Assembly: GCA_964572255.1 (NCBI GenBank)
Contig: CAZNEE010000003.1
Span: forward strand, 25,258-89,257
Reading direction: 5' to 3'
Origin: an uncultured Planctomycetia bacterium
GTDB taxonomy: Bacteria > Omnitrophota > Gorgyraeia > Tantalellales > Tantalellaceae
DNA length: 64,000 nt
Of this stretch, positions 55,878 to 64,000 are shown piece after piece. The notes under the pieces were generated by a model. That model did not search any database, was not told where the DNA came from, and saw only the letters and a program-made list of their open reading frames with translations. Each line of letters opens with the position of its first letter. Within the stretch, counting starts at the first letter, position 1. The translations under genes and the position numbers were made by a program.

Positions 55878-58800
55878 TTACGCCATGATGGCTAACTGTT
55901 CGTATATCTCCTTCTCTTCATCAAGTCTCTTCATGTCGATCTTTTCGATATTCGGCAGATATACGTACCAGCTGTCGTATCCTTGCTTCTGGATGACCCG
56001 ACCCAAACTTGCAGGTATCTTGCCGTCATTGGCTATGATCTCTATGGCTGTAAAGAGAAGCTGTGATACTATTCCGGCACCCTGCATCTGGACATATACA
56101 GGTTTCTCCTGTTTCAGTATATTGAAGTCGGTCTGCGACACCAGGAGATTCTCGGTATCGGCTATAATAACATCGCTTGCATCCTTAACGTTAAATCTTC
56201 CCTTCGCAAGTTCCAAAGTCCTCTCAAGCGTCATGTCCTCTTTAGTCACTATCGTCACATTTGATATATCCAGGTACATATCCAGCTCTGTTGATTTCAT
56301 GGCACCGGCAAGGTTCTTATCGGTTATATTTTCATCCAGGATCCTTACCTGTATGAACTCTGATGCAGCTTCTTTAGTGATGCCCATGTCTTTTATGGCC
56401 TGTCCGATGAACCTCATATCTGCTCCGCTCTTGGCCAGGATGCTTATATAGTTGGCTTCTCCGTCATTTGGCCCTTGAACGGCGTATCTTTCAGCTTCGC
56501 TTGAGATCTCATATCTTGAAAGCACTTTGCCGTGTATATTGTTGAACCTGAGGTCATAGATGTTCTTCTTGGCCACGCCGTAAGAGACCGCCTCAGGCAT
56601 TACTATTGTATAAGCTTCCAATATATTCTTTATCTCTTCTTCCAGCTCGTCGATCTTCTTGAGCTTTTCGTTTATCAGCTGTGTCGTTAAGTTGAAAACA
56701 GCCGGGTTGACAAGCGTGAATACGGCCCTGAGTAAAGGAGCTGCCGCTTCAAGAGATTTTTCAAGCTCCTGGAGTTCTTCCATCTTGCCTGCGATCTCTT
56801 CCGGTGAAAGCTCGAATACATCGGGGTGTCCAAGGACATAAGCGTTCCTTTTAACATCCCGGGCTTTCGTGATAAGTTCAGCCGCGATATCGATCACTTC
56901 CTTGTCTTCAAGATTATCGAAATCGGTATCAAGAAGAACACCGACACCGTTCTTCGCGCTTATGTCTTTTTTCTGCATGAGGACCCTGAGATTTTCCATC
57001 ATCTCTTCTGCATCAGCACCGGCAACTCTCACAACCTCAATAACCCCGTTCATGTCCCTTATTCCCTTTACTATATCTTCTTTGACATCCGCGTTTTCGG
57101 AAATAGCGACTATTACAGGGAATTCCGGCATGGATCCTTTAGTCCTGATGCCTGCCGCGGCAAACGGAGCAAATACACCTATGCCTATGCTTGCGATAAT
57201 TATGTCGATTATATCTCCGTTTGTATCGTACTCTATAGTTTGAATAAGAGTGCCTGTATCGTCATATTCGTATTGAAAATGCACCTGCTGGGCATCCGGA
57301 TCGGGATAATACTCAAACGTCCTGTAAGTGTTATCGGGCCTTGTTTCCTGCTGGAGCCTTCCGTACCACTCGCCTGTATCCGGATTCTGGAAGAAATCCT
57401 CATCTATGTGAAGATATACCGTACCGTCCGCAAGGGTTGTTGTCTCGACACGGCCTGACGGATAATAGGTATATAACCTGTCCGCTAAAAAGTCCTGCAC
57501 GTTATTTATCGAACCGTCATTGTTATATTCTATGATCTTGACAAGCGTGCCGTCGGCGGCATACTCCCTTTCATACTGTTTCTGGGCATCATCCGGAAAC
57601 GGGAAGTATTCGAACGTCCTGTAAGTGCCGTCGGTCCTTGTCTCCCGCTGGAGCCTTCCGTACCATATGCTCGTATCGGGATTCTCATAAAAATCCTCAT
57701 CCAAATATCTATGGATCGTTCCGTCGTCAAAAGTCGTGCTCTGAATGCGTCCTGAAGCGTAATATGTATATATCTGATTTAACGTAAGGTCCTGCACGCT
57801 GTTTATTGTTCCGTCCGGATTATACACGATCACTTTCAGGAGATTATCGACCGCATCGTATTCTCTTTCGATATAGATCTGGTCAGTTCCTACATAGTAT
57901 TCAAATGTCCTGTAAGTGTTGTCGGGCCTTGTCTCCCGCTCAAGCCTTCCGTACCAGATCCCTGTATCCGGGTTCTGATAGAAAGCTTCATCCATGTGAA
58001 GATATACCGTACCGTCCGCAAGGGTTGTTGTAGCAATGAGGCCTGATACCGGATAATAGGTATATACTCTGCCCGCCAACAGATCCTGCACGCTGATTAT
58101 CGAACCGTCTGTATCATACTCGGTGATCTTGACAAGCGTGCCGTCGGCGGCATAATCATACTCGAAATGCGCCTGATGGGCATCCGGATCGGGATAATAT
58201 TCAAATGTCCTGTAAGTGCCGTCGGGCCTGTTCTCTCTTTCGAGTCTTCCGTACCAAACTTCCGTATTCGGATCCTGGTAGAAAGCTTCGTCTATGAGTA
58301 TATGTACGGTGCCGGCCGCTATATCATCAGTCGTACCGAAAACCAGGTCAATACCCGGGTCATCAACATGGTAAGTGATACTCTGTATGCGCCTTGAACC
58401 AAAATAATACTGGATCGTCCTTTCATGCGTACCACCAGCAGTATATAAGTTTTCTTGGTATATATGGTCGGTCCTTTTGCCCGTAGTAGGATGACTGTAA
58501 TATGTAAATGTATTATAAGTACCGTCCGGATTGATTATCTTTGTAATCCGGCCGTATCCGTCATTGTAGAAGTCATAGTCTTCACGGTAGATAACGGTGC
58601 CGTCCGGATGTTCTTCCTTTCTTACCAGGCCGGAATCGTAAAGATGGTACGTGATGCCGTTTTCCGTGAAAGTCTTGGCTTTCCACTCACCGTAATCTCC
58701 ATCACAACCGAACGGGAACGGTGCTCTACCGTCTCTCATGATCATTGCCGGAGCTACGATGAAGAAGTAAACTATTAAGAACAATCTGCTGAGAGTCCTT

Positions 58801-61800
58801 GTCGGGTTGCCGCTGGTTTTAGCGACTTTGTATATCGAATATCCTAAAAGACTTACGCCGGCAATACCTAAGCCTACGTACCATGAACCGGCAAGCACGG
58901 CCGCTGTAACACCTGAGATCGCAGCTACCGCCGCAAGAAATCCAACACGCACAGATCCTTTCTCGCCAGCTTTTGCATCCGGGCTCGTTTCTGTCTTTTC
59001 CTCAACCCTTCCGTACCGGTCGCCTGTATCCGGATCCTGGTGAAAATCTTCATCTTTAAATTTATAAGTTGTCCCGTCCTCGATCTCTTCCTTTTCCTCT
59101 TTTTCTTTTTCATCCATCTTTTCAAGCTGATCCAGGGTCTTTATGAGGAGAGATCTTCCTTCGCCTGAATAGATATCATAACCGAGATCCCAGATCTTCT
59201 TTATTCTTTTCTTAAGCTCATCTGCGGATATCTCCTCCGAAGCGAGGATGTTCTTTATATATTTCGGAGCCTCTTCGCTTGTGTTGACCCCTATGATCTT
59301 TAAGATCTCCTCTTTTGTCTCGGCTCTTGCAACCTGTTCCTCTTTCTCTAAAGGTATAACAGCTTCGGCGCCGGCTTCCTTCAAAAGCGCGATGACCTTG
59401 TTTTCTATATCCTTCTTTAAAGCGTTATAGCTGGCTTCCGACATCGTAAGGTTCTTCAGGTTGCCCAATATGACAAATTCCACCGGATATGTCTTATCAG
59501 AAAAAACCTCCAGGAATCGCTTCTGCGTCCTTGTATTGAACGCGACCATGTCATCTTTTCTTTCGGCGATCCTATCAAGCTGTTCCGGTGTCTTTGAAAG
59601 AAGCGTTCTTCCTTCGGCTTTTTCGTATATCTTGTAGCCAAGATCGGCTATCTTTGTTATTCTCGTCCTCAGGTCATCGACCGTGACCGCATCTGAGGCC
59701 AGCAATTCCTTGATGTAATTCGCGGCGTTCTCGCCTGTCTCTATCCCCAAATCCTGGAGGACCTCTTCTTTGGTCAGTGCTCCTTCAATAAGCTGTACGG
59801 CTTCTTCTTTAGAGACATATGCATCTTCTTCGATCATCTTGAATGCCGGGACCCGCTTATCAAGTGAAGGTCCCTGCTGAATGCGCGGAGCTTTGACCTC
59901 CACATATCCTTCATACTTTCCTCTGGTGTATGTGCCCACGCCTATCTTTATCTTGACCCATTTAACTTTGGACGGATCGAACCGGCTGTCTTCCTTGACC
60001 TGGGGCTTGATCCTCAGAATAACCCATTTGTTGACGTTGTCCCTGTCGATCTCGATAACGTCGCCGTAATCTTCCTCGTAATCTTCGTCAACGGTAACAA
60101 CATGCATCCAATTCCTCTGGCCGTCCAGATCATTAAGGAATGATTCAGGGACTCTGACGAAACAGATATATTCTTTACCGGTCATGTCGATAGAAGGTTT
60201 GCCAAAATCATAAGTAGCATAACCGGCTCTTTTCTCTTCGTCTGCGGCATCAAGTTTCACTTCCAGCTTGAACTTATCGCTCGCCGTCGTGGTCACGATG
60301 CTTGAGACAGCTTTATCGCCTTCGGTGGAATTTGTCCAACCGCTTGCGTCTAAAGTATTTGTGATATTGATGTCCAGCTGTTCATTAAACTTCTCGCCCG
60401 CTTTTATGGATTCCATGAGTTCTGACACAGCGCCCACAGCCGTAGAGTACTGGCGTTCCGCTTCGGTCCTTGTAATATTGCCTTCGAGAAAAGTATGGTC
60501 GACCCTTTCTAAAAGAAGCTTCCTGAAATCCTCAAGCGCCATGTTGAGTATTTCCCACTGGGATTTTGCATACTCGGGATTCCTGTTTACGTTCTTCTTA
60601 CACTCTTGTGCCTGGGAAATTATCCATCCCATATAATAGCTTGTGGATTTTCCCGTAACTTTGAGAACCAACATGTCTTCCCATGTCCTCAATCCTTCTT
60701 GAGTCCTTCCTATCGCGTAGTCTTTATTTTTCTGGGCCTTTTCAATATATTCGATCTCCTCCGGAGAAAGAGCTCTCTGATTTCCGATGCCGAACCTCAC
60801 TCTGGCGGCATCCGTGGAACCCTTGCCTTCAATGTAGGCATCGACGTAGGGCTGGACCTCCTGGCCGTATTTGAGATCCATGTATTCGTTCACAGACCAC
60901 TTATATCCCGGCCAAAGCGCAATAATATAGAAAGGTATGAATATGAACATTATCCACAACCAGCCTCTTTGGCCCTGCCATTCTTTTTCCTCCATGAAAT
61001 AATGATTTACAGAATTGGTCCATTTGCTGATTTTACCCGGCACATCTTTCAGCCATCTGAATGTAATGATGCACCATAAAAAGCTGAATGAGCCTTTAAG
61101 CCTGTCGGTTATTTTTTCAGCAAAAGACCTTTGTTTGATCAACTTTTCGACCCTTTTCAGTTCTTCTTTAAGATCATCTATCAGATCTTGGGTTATGCCC
61201 TCATAAACGCCTTCCGGCACAGCGGTTCTCTGCTCGAGCTTACGTAAGCGTTTTTCCAGAACTTTTATGGCTTTCTTGTTATAACTTATGTCGCCGAAGA
61301 ACCCTCTTACTTTATAGACTTCGTTAGCGGCTACCGCGGCTTTTATGTTCGCGAATTTATTCCTTACCCTCTTCATCATTCTTTCTGAGAATGTCTTGCT
61401 TATACGCACCTTCTGGGCGCCTAACTCTTTCTCAACCGGTGTATGGCTGGTCTTGGGCCAATAGCCGTCATCGACATCCTTGCTTAAGATCTGGTGCAGT
61501 GTGATGATGGACGACGGTAAAGCGTTCAGATAATACTTGGGAGTAAAGAATGCGTTCAAAGTGTAATACAGCCTGTAATACGCGACGGAGCCGACCTTGA
61601 GCCCCAGGTATCTGTCAAGTATCCTGCCTAACCACGGGATCCTCCCCATCAAGTATAAAACGGTCGTTATCGCATAAAGCGCGCATAAGGTGCCGCCTAT
61701 ACCCAAAAGGGCTATTGAGGCGAAAAGGCCTACAGGCCCGAACATCGCTATCAGGAAAGTCGTGTACTTTACGCCTAAAAAGAGCATGATGCCGCCGTAA

Positions 61801-64000
61801 AATGCCGGCCTCCATATAAGGTACACCTTTCCTTTTAATATCCTGTCATTTCTTTTAAGCGTTCTGTTTATCTCTTTTCTGACCTCTTTGAGGAGTACGA
61901 TCATCTCCGGATCCTGTTCCCTGTTAGAATTGCTTTTGCTAAGTTTTTTATCGATAAGCGCGATGATATACCTTGCCACGCTTTCTATTTCTTCGTAAGG
62001 AACAGTGGTTTCCTCTTTTGACTTGTTCTTCGCTATGATGCGCTTTAGAGATTCGACCTTGTAATTATCATCTTTTAAGATATACGGCAATATCTTGTTC
62101 TTTTTGGGCCTGGTCGGATCGCTTTCCCAGTCTTTATCCGCAAGATGCGATAAAGTATCCTTCAGCCCCTGGCTCAGTCCTTCTCTTATCAGTGCATCGT
62201 CATCCGGTGCTTCCTTTAATGTCGCGATCACGGCCATGACGATCTGAATTACCGGAAAAAGAACGAACAGGACAACACCGACCAAAGTTGTCGGGATCCA
62301 TCCCAGGACCTGCGGAATCACCGTCTTGAGCCATACCGCGAGAGAAGCCAGCATCGGGCCTATACCGCCCATGTTGGGTAAAATGGGGAATATCGTTATG
62401 GCCAGAAAGTAAGCTATTGTTATACCGAATGTTACGGCCGTAAAGAGGCCCATCGCCTTACCGCTTATAAGGTACACTGAATGGAAAAAGTTTATCGGGC
62501 CCATCTGCCTCACGGCGTCTCTCTGCCACTCTTCATTCTGTACCAGCGGTTTCATGCCTTGCGTCATGCCGAAAAGCTGGCCCAATGCCGTCCCGATAAG
62601 GCCCACTAATATAGAGCCGCCGAGAACGGCCAAAAGAGCGCCTAATACCGGAGCGAGGCCGATCGAAGCTATGGAAGCAACGCCTGACAATGCGGCAGTT
62701 ATAGCCGGAGCGGCCAATGTGTGCCCCAGAAAACCTCCGATGACGCCGAACACTGTACCGGAAACCACACCGGCAGCATTTAAACTCCAGCTTATCAATA
62801 ATCTATTGACGGCTCTTCCTAATTTATAGAACATGTAGCCGCCCAGGACAAAACCTATTAATGCGGCTATGATGCCTACTCCTATCAGGCCGGGTCCGCC
62901 GAAAACAGCCCAGGCCCATCCGGCAGCCAGATGTGCTCCCCACAACAACCATGCTGACGCTATGGACGCAATGATGACTGAAAGTGTCTGGAGCGTCTTC
63001 CAGCGTGAATCCTGCTTCCACCAGCCTGTTCCCTCCGGAGGCCTTGCATCTTCAAATGTCGAGGACCTGAATCCCAGAAGCCTGTAAACCCTCATACCGA
63101 CAACATCAGAGCCCGGTTTTGCCACAAATATAACGCCTGCCACAAATGCCATGCCGGCTCCAAGGATAACGAACGCAGGCAGTGAGATGACGCTTGAAAC
63201 AGCTGCCGCAACAACGGTAACCTGTGTAAGCAGGTACAATATCGATCCTATGAATCCGGAAAATATTAAACCGCCTAAAAATACGCCGATCTCATGCCAG
63301 AAGCCCTTGCCCAATCCGGGTAAGCCCTTTTCGCTTGCGTTCTGTCCGTGATCAGAGTCTTCGATAATGTTATATTGAGGATGATATCCCAAATGGCTGA
63401 GCCAGTTAAGATAATCCCGCAGCATTCTCTTTGCCGCGGCCATCTCCTTCTTCTCTGATCCTGCGATAAGCTGCTGGCCGCTCTGCTGCCTTTGCAGCCT
63501 TCTTTTTATCTCGACGATCTTATGGTCAAATTCGGCACGTTTTACATGGCCGTCCCGAAGCCTTCCATCCTGATCGGCAGCGGTCTTATGGCCGGTATAC
63601 ATATCCCATCTGAAAGTATTGGTCGTGCCGCCGAGGAAGAACACCGGCGAATATTGTATCCAGCCGATCTTCTTGCCTATGACCGCGCCTATAAATCCGC
63701 CGACAAACCCCGAAATTATAAGCCCTAAAATGACTGCTCCAGGCGGTGTAATGGCCGCGCCGAACAAAGCACAGCTTATAAATGCGCCTGTAACAGCGGA
63801 GACCAGGCCCATTATTACGGCAAGAGGCGTACGATGCGCCACTAACCCGTCCTGGACATCTTTCCATGTACGATAGTCCAGATTAGAAAGGGTGTTTTCC
63901 TGGAAAGGCAGAAGGTGCTGAACTCCCTGTGTGATCGCGGGAACGCATCTTACATCAAGTTCGCTCTTCACATACACATCCTCATCATGATATATGGATA
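55878..64000 (-). CDS. Giant membrane protein 3 (at least 2699 aa, N-terminus probably outside window)
   Basis: The reading frame stays open to the window edge upstream of the listed GTG start. It has more than 12 glycine-rich TM segments in two clusters, coiled-coil regions, and four tandem 100-aa repeats with YD/RHS-like spacing (TYRTFEYY ... EYDxxGTL). Confidence 0.7.
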   Translation of the reverse strand, partial: SIYHDEDVYVKSELDVRCVPAITQGVQHLLPFQENTLSNLDYRTWKDVQDGLVAHRTPLAVIMGLVSAVTGAFISCALFGAAITPPGAVILGLIISGFVGGFIGAVIGKKIGWIQYSPVFFLGGTTNTFRWDMYTGHKTAADQDGRLRDGHVKRAEFDHKIVEIKRRLQRQQSGQQLIAGSEKKEMAAAKRMLRDYLNWLSHLGYHPQYNIIEDSDHGQNASEKGLPGLGKGFWHEIGVFLGGLIFSGFIGSILYLLTQVTVVAAAVSSVISLPAFVILGAGMAFVAGVIFVAKPGSDVVGMRVYRLLGFRSSTFEDARPPEGTGWWKQDSRWKTLQTLSVIIASIASAWLLWGAHLAAGWAWAVFGGPGLIGVGIIAALIGFVLGGYMFYKLGRAVNRLLISWSLNAAGVVSGTVFGVIGGFLGHTLAAPAITAALSGVASIASIGLAPVLGALLAVLGGSILVGLIGTALGQLFGMTQGMKPLVQNEEWQRDAVRQMGPINFFHSVYLISGKAMGLFTAVTFGITIAYFLAITIFPILPNMGGIGPMLASLAVWLKTVIPQVLGWIPTTLVGVVLFVLFPVIQIVMAVIATLKEAPDDDALIREGLSQGLKDTLSHLADKDWESDPTRPKKNKILPYILKDDNYKVESLKRIIAKNKSKEETTVPYEEIESVARYIIALIDKKLSKSNSNREQDPEMIVLLKEVRKEINRTLKRNDRILKGKVYLIWRPAFYGGIMLFLGVKYTTFLIAMFGPVGLFASIALLGIGGTLCALYAITTVLYLMGRIPWLGRILDRYLGLKVGSVAYYRLYYTLNAFFTPKYYLNALPSSIITLHQILSKDVDDGYWPKTSHTPVEKELGAQKVRISKTFSERMMKRVRNKFANIKAAVAANEVYKVRGFFGDISYNKKAIKVLEKRLRKLEQRTAVPEGVYEGITQDLIDDLKEELKRVEKLIKQRSFAEKITDRLKGSFSFLWCIITFRWLKDVPGKISKWTNSVNHYFMEEKEWQGQRGWLWIMFIFIPFYIIALWPGYKWSVNEYMDLKYGQEVQPYVDAYIEGKGSTDAARVRFGIGNQRALSPEEIEYIEKAQKNKDYAIGRTQEGLRTWEDMLVLKVTGKSTSYYMGWIISQAQECKKNVNRNPEYAKSQWEILNMALEDFRKLLLERVDHTFLEGNITRTEAERQYSTAVGAVSELMESIKAGEKFNEQLDINITNTLDASGWTNSTEGDKAVSSIVTTTASDKFKLEVKLDAADEEKRAGYATYDFGKPSIDMTGKEYICFVRVPESFLNDLDGQRNWMHVVTVDEDYEEDYGDVIEIDRDNVNKWVILRIKPQVKEDSRFDPSKVKWVKIKIGVGTYTRGKYEGYVEVKAPRIQQGPSLDKRVPAFKMIEEDAYVSKEEAVQLIEGALTKEEVLQDLGIETGENAANYIKELLASDAVTVDDLRTRITKIADLGYKIYEKAEGRTLLSKTPEQLDRIAERKDDMVAFNTRTQKRFLEVFSDKTYPVEFVILGNLKNLTMSEASYNALKKDIENKVIALLKEAGAEAVIPLEKEEQVARAETKEEILKIIGVNTSEEAPKYIKNILASEEISADELKKRIKKIWDLGYDIYSGEGRSLLIKTLDQLEKMDEKEKEEKEEIEDGTTYKFKDEDFHQDPDTGDRYGRVEEKTETSPDAKAGEKGSVRVGFLAAVAAISGVTAAVLAGSWYVGLGIAGVSLLGYSIYKVAKTSGNPTRTLSRLFLIVYFFIVAPAMIMRDGRAPFPFGCDGDYGEWKAKTFTENGITYHLYDSGLVRKEEHPDGTVIYREDYDFYNDGYGRITKIINPDGTYNTFTYYSHPTTGKRTDHIYQENLYTAGGTHERTIQYYFGSRRIQSITYHVDDPGIDLVFGTTDDIAAGTVHILIDEAFYQDPNTEVWYGRLERENRPDGTYRTFEYYPDPDAHQAHFEYDYAADGTLVKITEYDTDGSIISVQDLLAGRVYTYYPVSGLIATTTLADGTVYLHMDEAFYQNPDTGIWYGRLERETRPDNTYRTFEYYVGTDQIYIEREYDAVDNLLKVIVYNPDGTINSVQDLTLNQIYTYYASGRIQSTTFDDGTIHRYLDEDFYENPDTSIWYGRLQRETRTDGTYRTFEYFPFPDDAQKQYEREYAADGTLVKIIEYNNDGSINNVQDFLADRLYTYYPSGRVETTTLADGTVYLHIDEDFFQNPDTGEWYGRLQQETRPDNTYRTFEYYPDPDAQQVHFQYEYDDTGTLIQTIEYDTNGDIIDIIIASIGIGVFAPFAAAGIRTKGSMPEFPVIVAISENADVKEDIVKGIRDMNGVIEVVRVAGADAEEMMENLRVLMQKKDISAKNGVGVLLDTDFDNLEDKEVIDIAAELITKARDVKRNAYVLGHPDVFELSPEEIAGKMEELQELEKSLEAAAPLLRAVFTLVNPAVFNLTTQLINEKLKKIDELEEEIKNILEAYTIVMPEAVSYGVAKKNIYDLRFNNIHGKVLSRYEISSEAERYAVQGPNDGEANYISILAKSGADMRFIGQAIKDMGITKEAASEFIQVRILDENITDKNLAGAMKSTELDMYLDISNVTIVTKEDMTLERTLELAKGRFNVKDASDVIIADTENLLVSQTDFNILKQEKPVYVQMQGAGIVSQLLFTAIEIIANDGKIPASLGRVIQKQGYDSWYVYLPNIEKIDMKRLDEEKEIYEQLAIMA
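57150..58500 (-). repeat. Four tandem about 300-bp coding repeats inside giant gene 3
   Basis: Near-identical DNA blocks (for example CGAACGTCCTGTAAGTG..GTCGG.CCTTGT.TCC.GCTGGAGCCTTCCGTACCA) recur at 57311, 57611, 57911 and 58211. They encode the repeat DE(A/D)FYQ(D/N)P(D/N)T..WYGRL.RE.R.D.TYRTFEY. Confidence 0.8.

Noticed and set aside
35840-63977. Dozens of 60-200-codon ORFs on the plus strand inside the three giant genes (for example 40719-41255, 56826-57458)
   Set aside because: All lie antisense to long uninterrupted minus-strand ORFs with recognisable domains. Their compositions are low-complexity (S/L/I-rich), typical of antisense-frame artefacts.
1-64000. CRISPR arrays, rRNA genes, IS elements or transposases
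   Set aside because: No short regularly spaced direct repeats with unique spacers, no rRNA-like conserved stretches, and no transposase-like ORFs or terminal inverted repeats were seen anywhere in the window.

Overview
This 64-kb bacterial window is almost entirely encoded on the minus strand and falls into five parts.

- **Housekeeping block (1-12.7 kb).** It carries rdgB-rph, a split class-I fumarate hydratase (alpha and beta subunits), murI, and a complete Pho regulon. The Pho regulon runs phoU-pstBACS, a putative phosphate porin, a small membrane protein and phoBR. Three 11-bp-periodic direct-repeat arrays (Pho-box-like) sit where a PhoB operator is expected.
- **Candidate genomic islet (12.8-20.2 kb).** About 7.4 kb is bounded by a 17-bp direct duplication of the tmRNA 3' end, with ssrA-smpB immediately adjacent. 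It carries a fluoride riboswitch-crcB-DUF190 unit, a TsaA-like gene, a DsrE-like gene, chrA, an RND pump with an outer membrane factor but no adaptor, and a PadR regulator. An unusual CCACCACGATT double repeat lies just inside both ends.
- **Glycosyltransferase operon (21.4-25.4 kb).** After a tRNA-Leu(CAG), it encodes htpX, a GT39/ArnT-like transferase, a GT2 transferase and a YdjC deacetylase.
- **Glycan utilisation locus (25.5-35.6 kb).** A small protein with tandem MshEN-like motifs precedes it. The locus has a solute-binding protein, a ROK regulator, two GH-A clan TIM-barrel hydrolases (one with an F5/8 discoidin domain), two standalone CBM-like paralogs and two ABC permeases.
- **Three tandem giant genes (35.8-64.0 kb).** They encode 2762, 3737 and at least 2699 aa; the last is probably truncated at the window edge, and together they fill about 28 kb.
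  - Giant 1 fuses a TraB/GumN/Tiki-like N-terminal module to a GDP-mannose pyrophosphorylase-like domain, a four-domain phosphomannomutase and a type-I mannose-6-phosphate isomerase.
  - Giant 2 shares the same N-terminal module, then carries a double zinc ribbon, a Hanks-type Ser/Thr kinase, a TM helix and TPR repeats.
  - Giant 3 is a polytopic glycine-rich membrane protein with four about 300-bp tandem repeats (YD-like).

This architecture resembles the giant-gene loci reported from candidate phyla such as Omnitrophota; that attribution is inference only. No CRISPR array, rRNA or transposase was seen.
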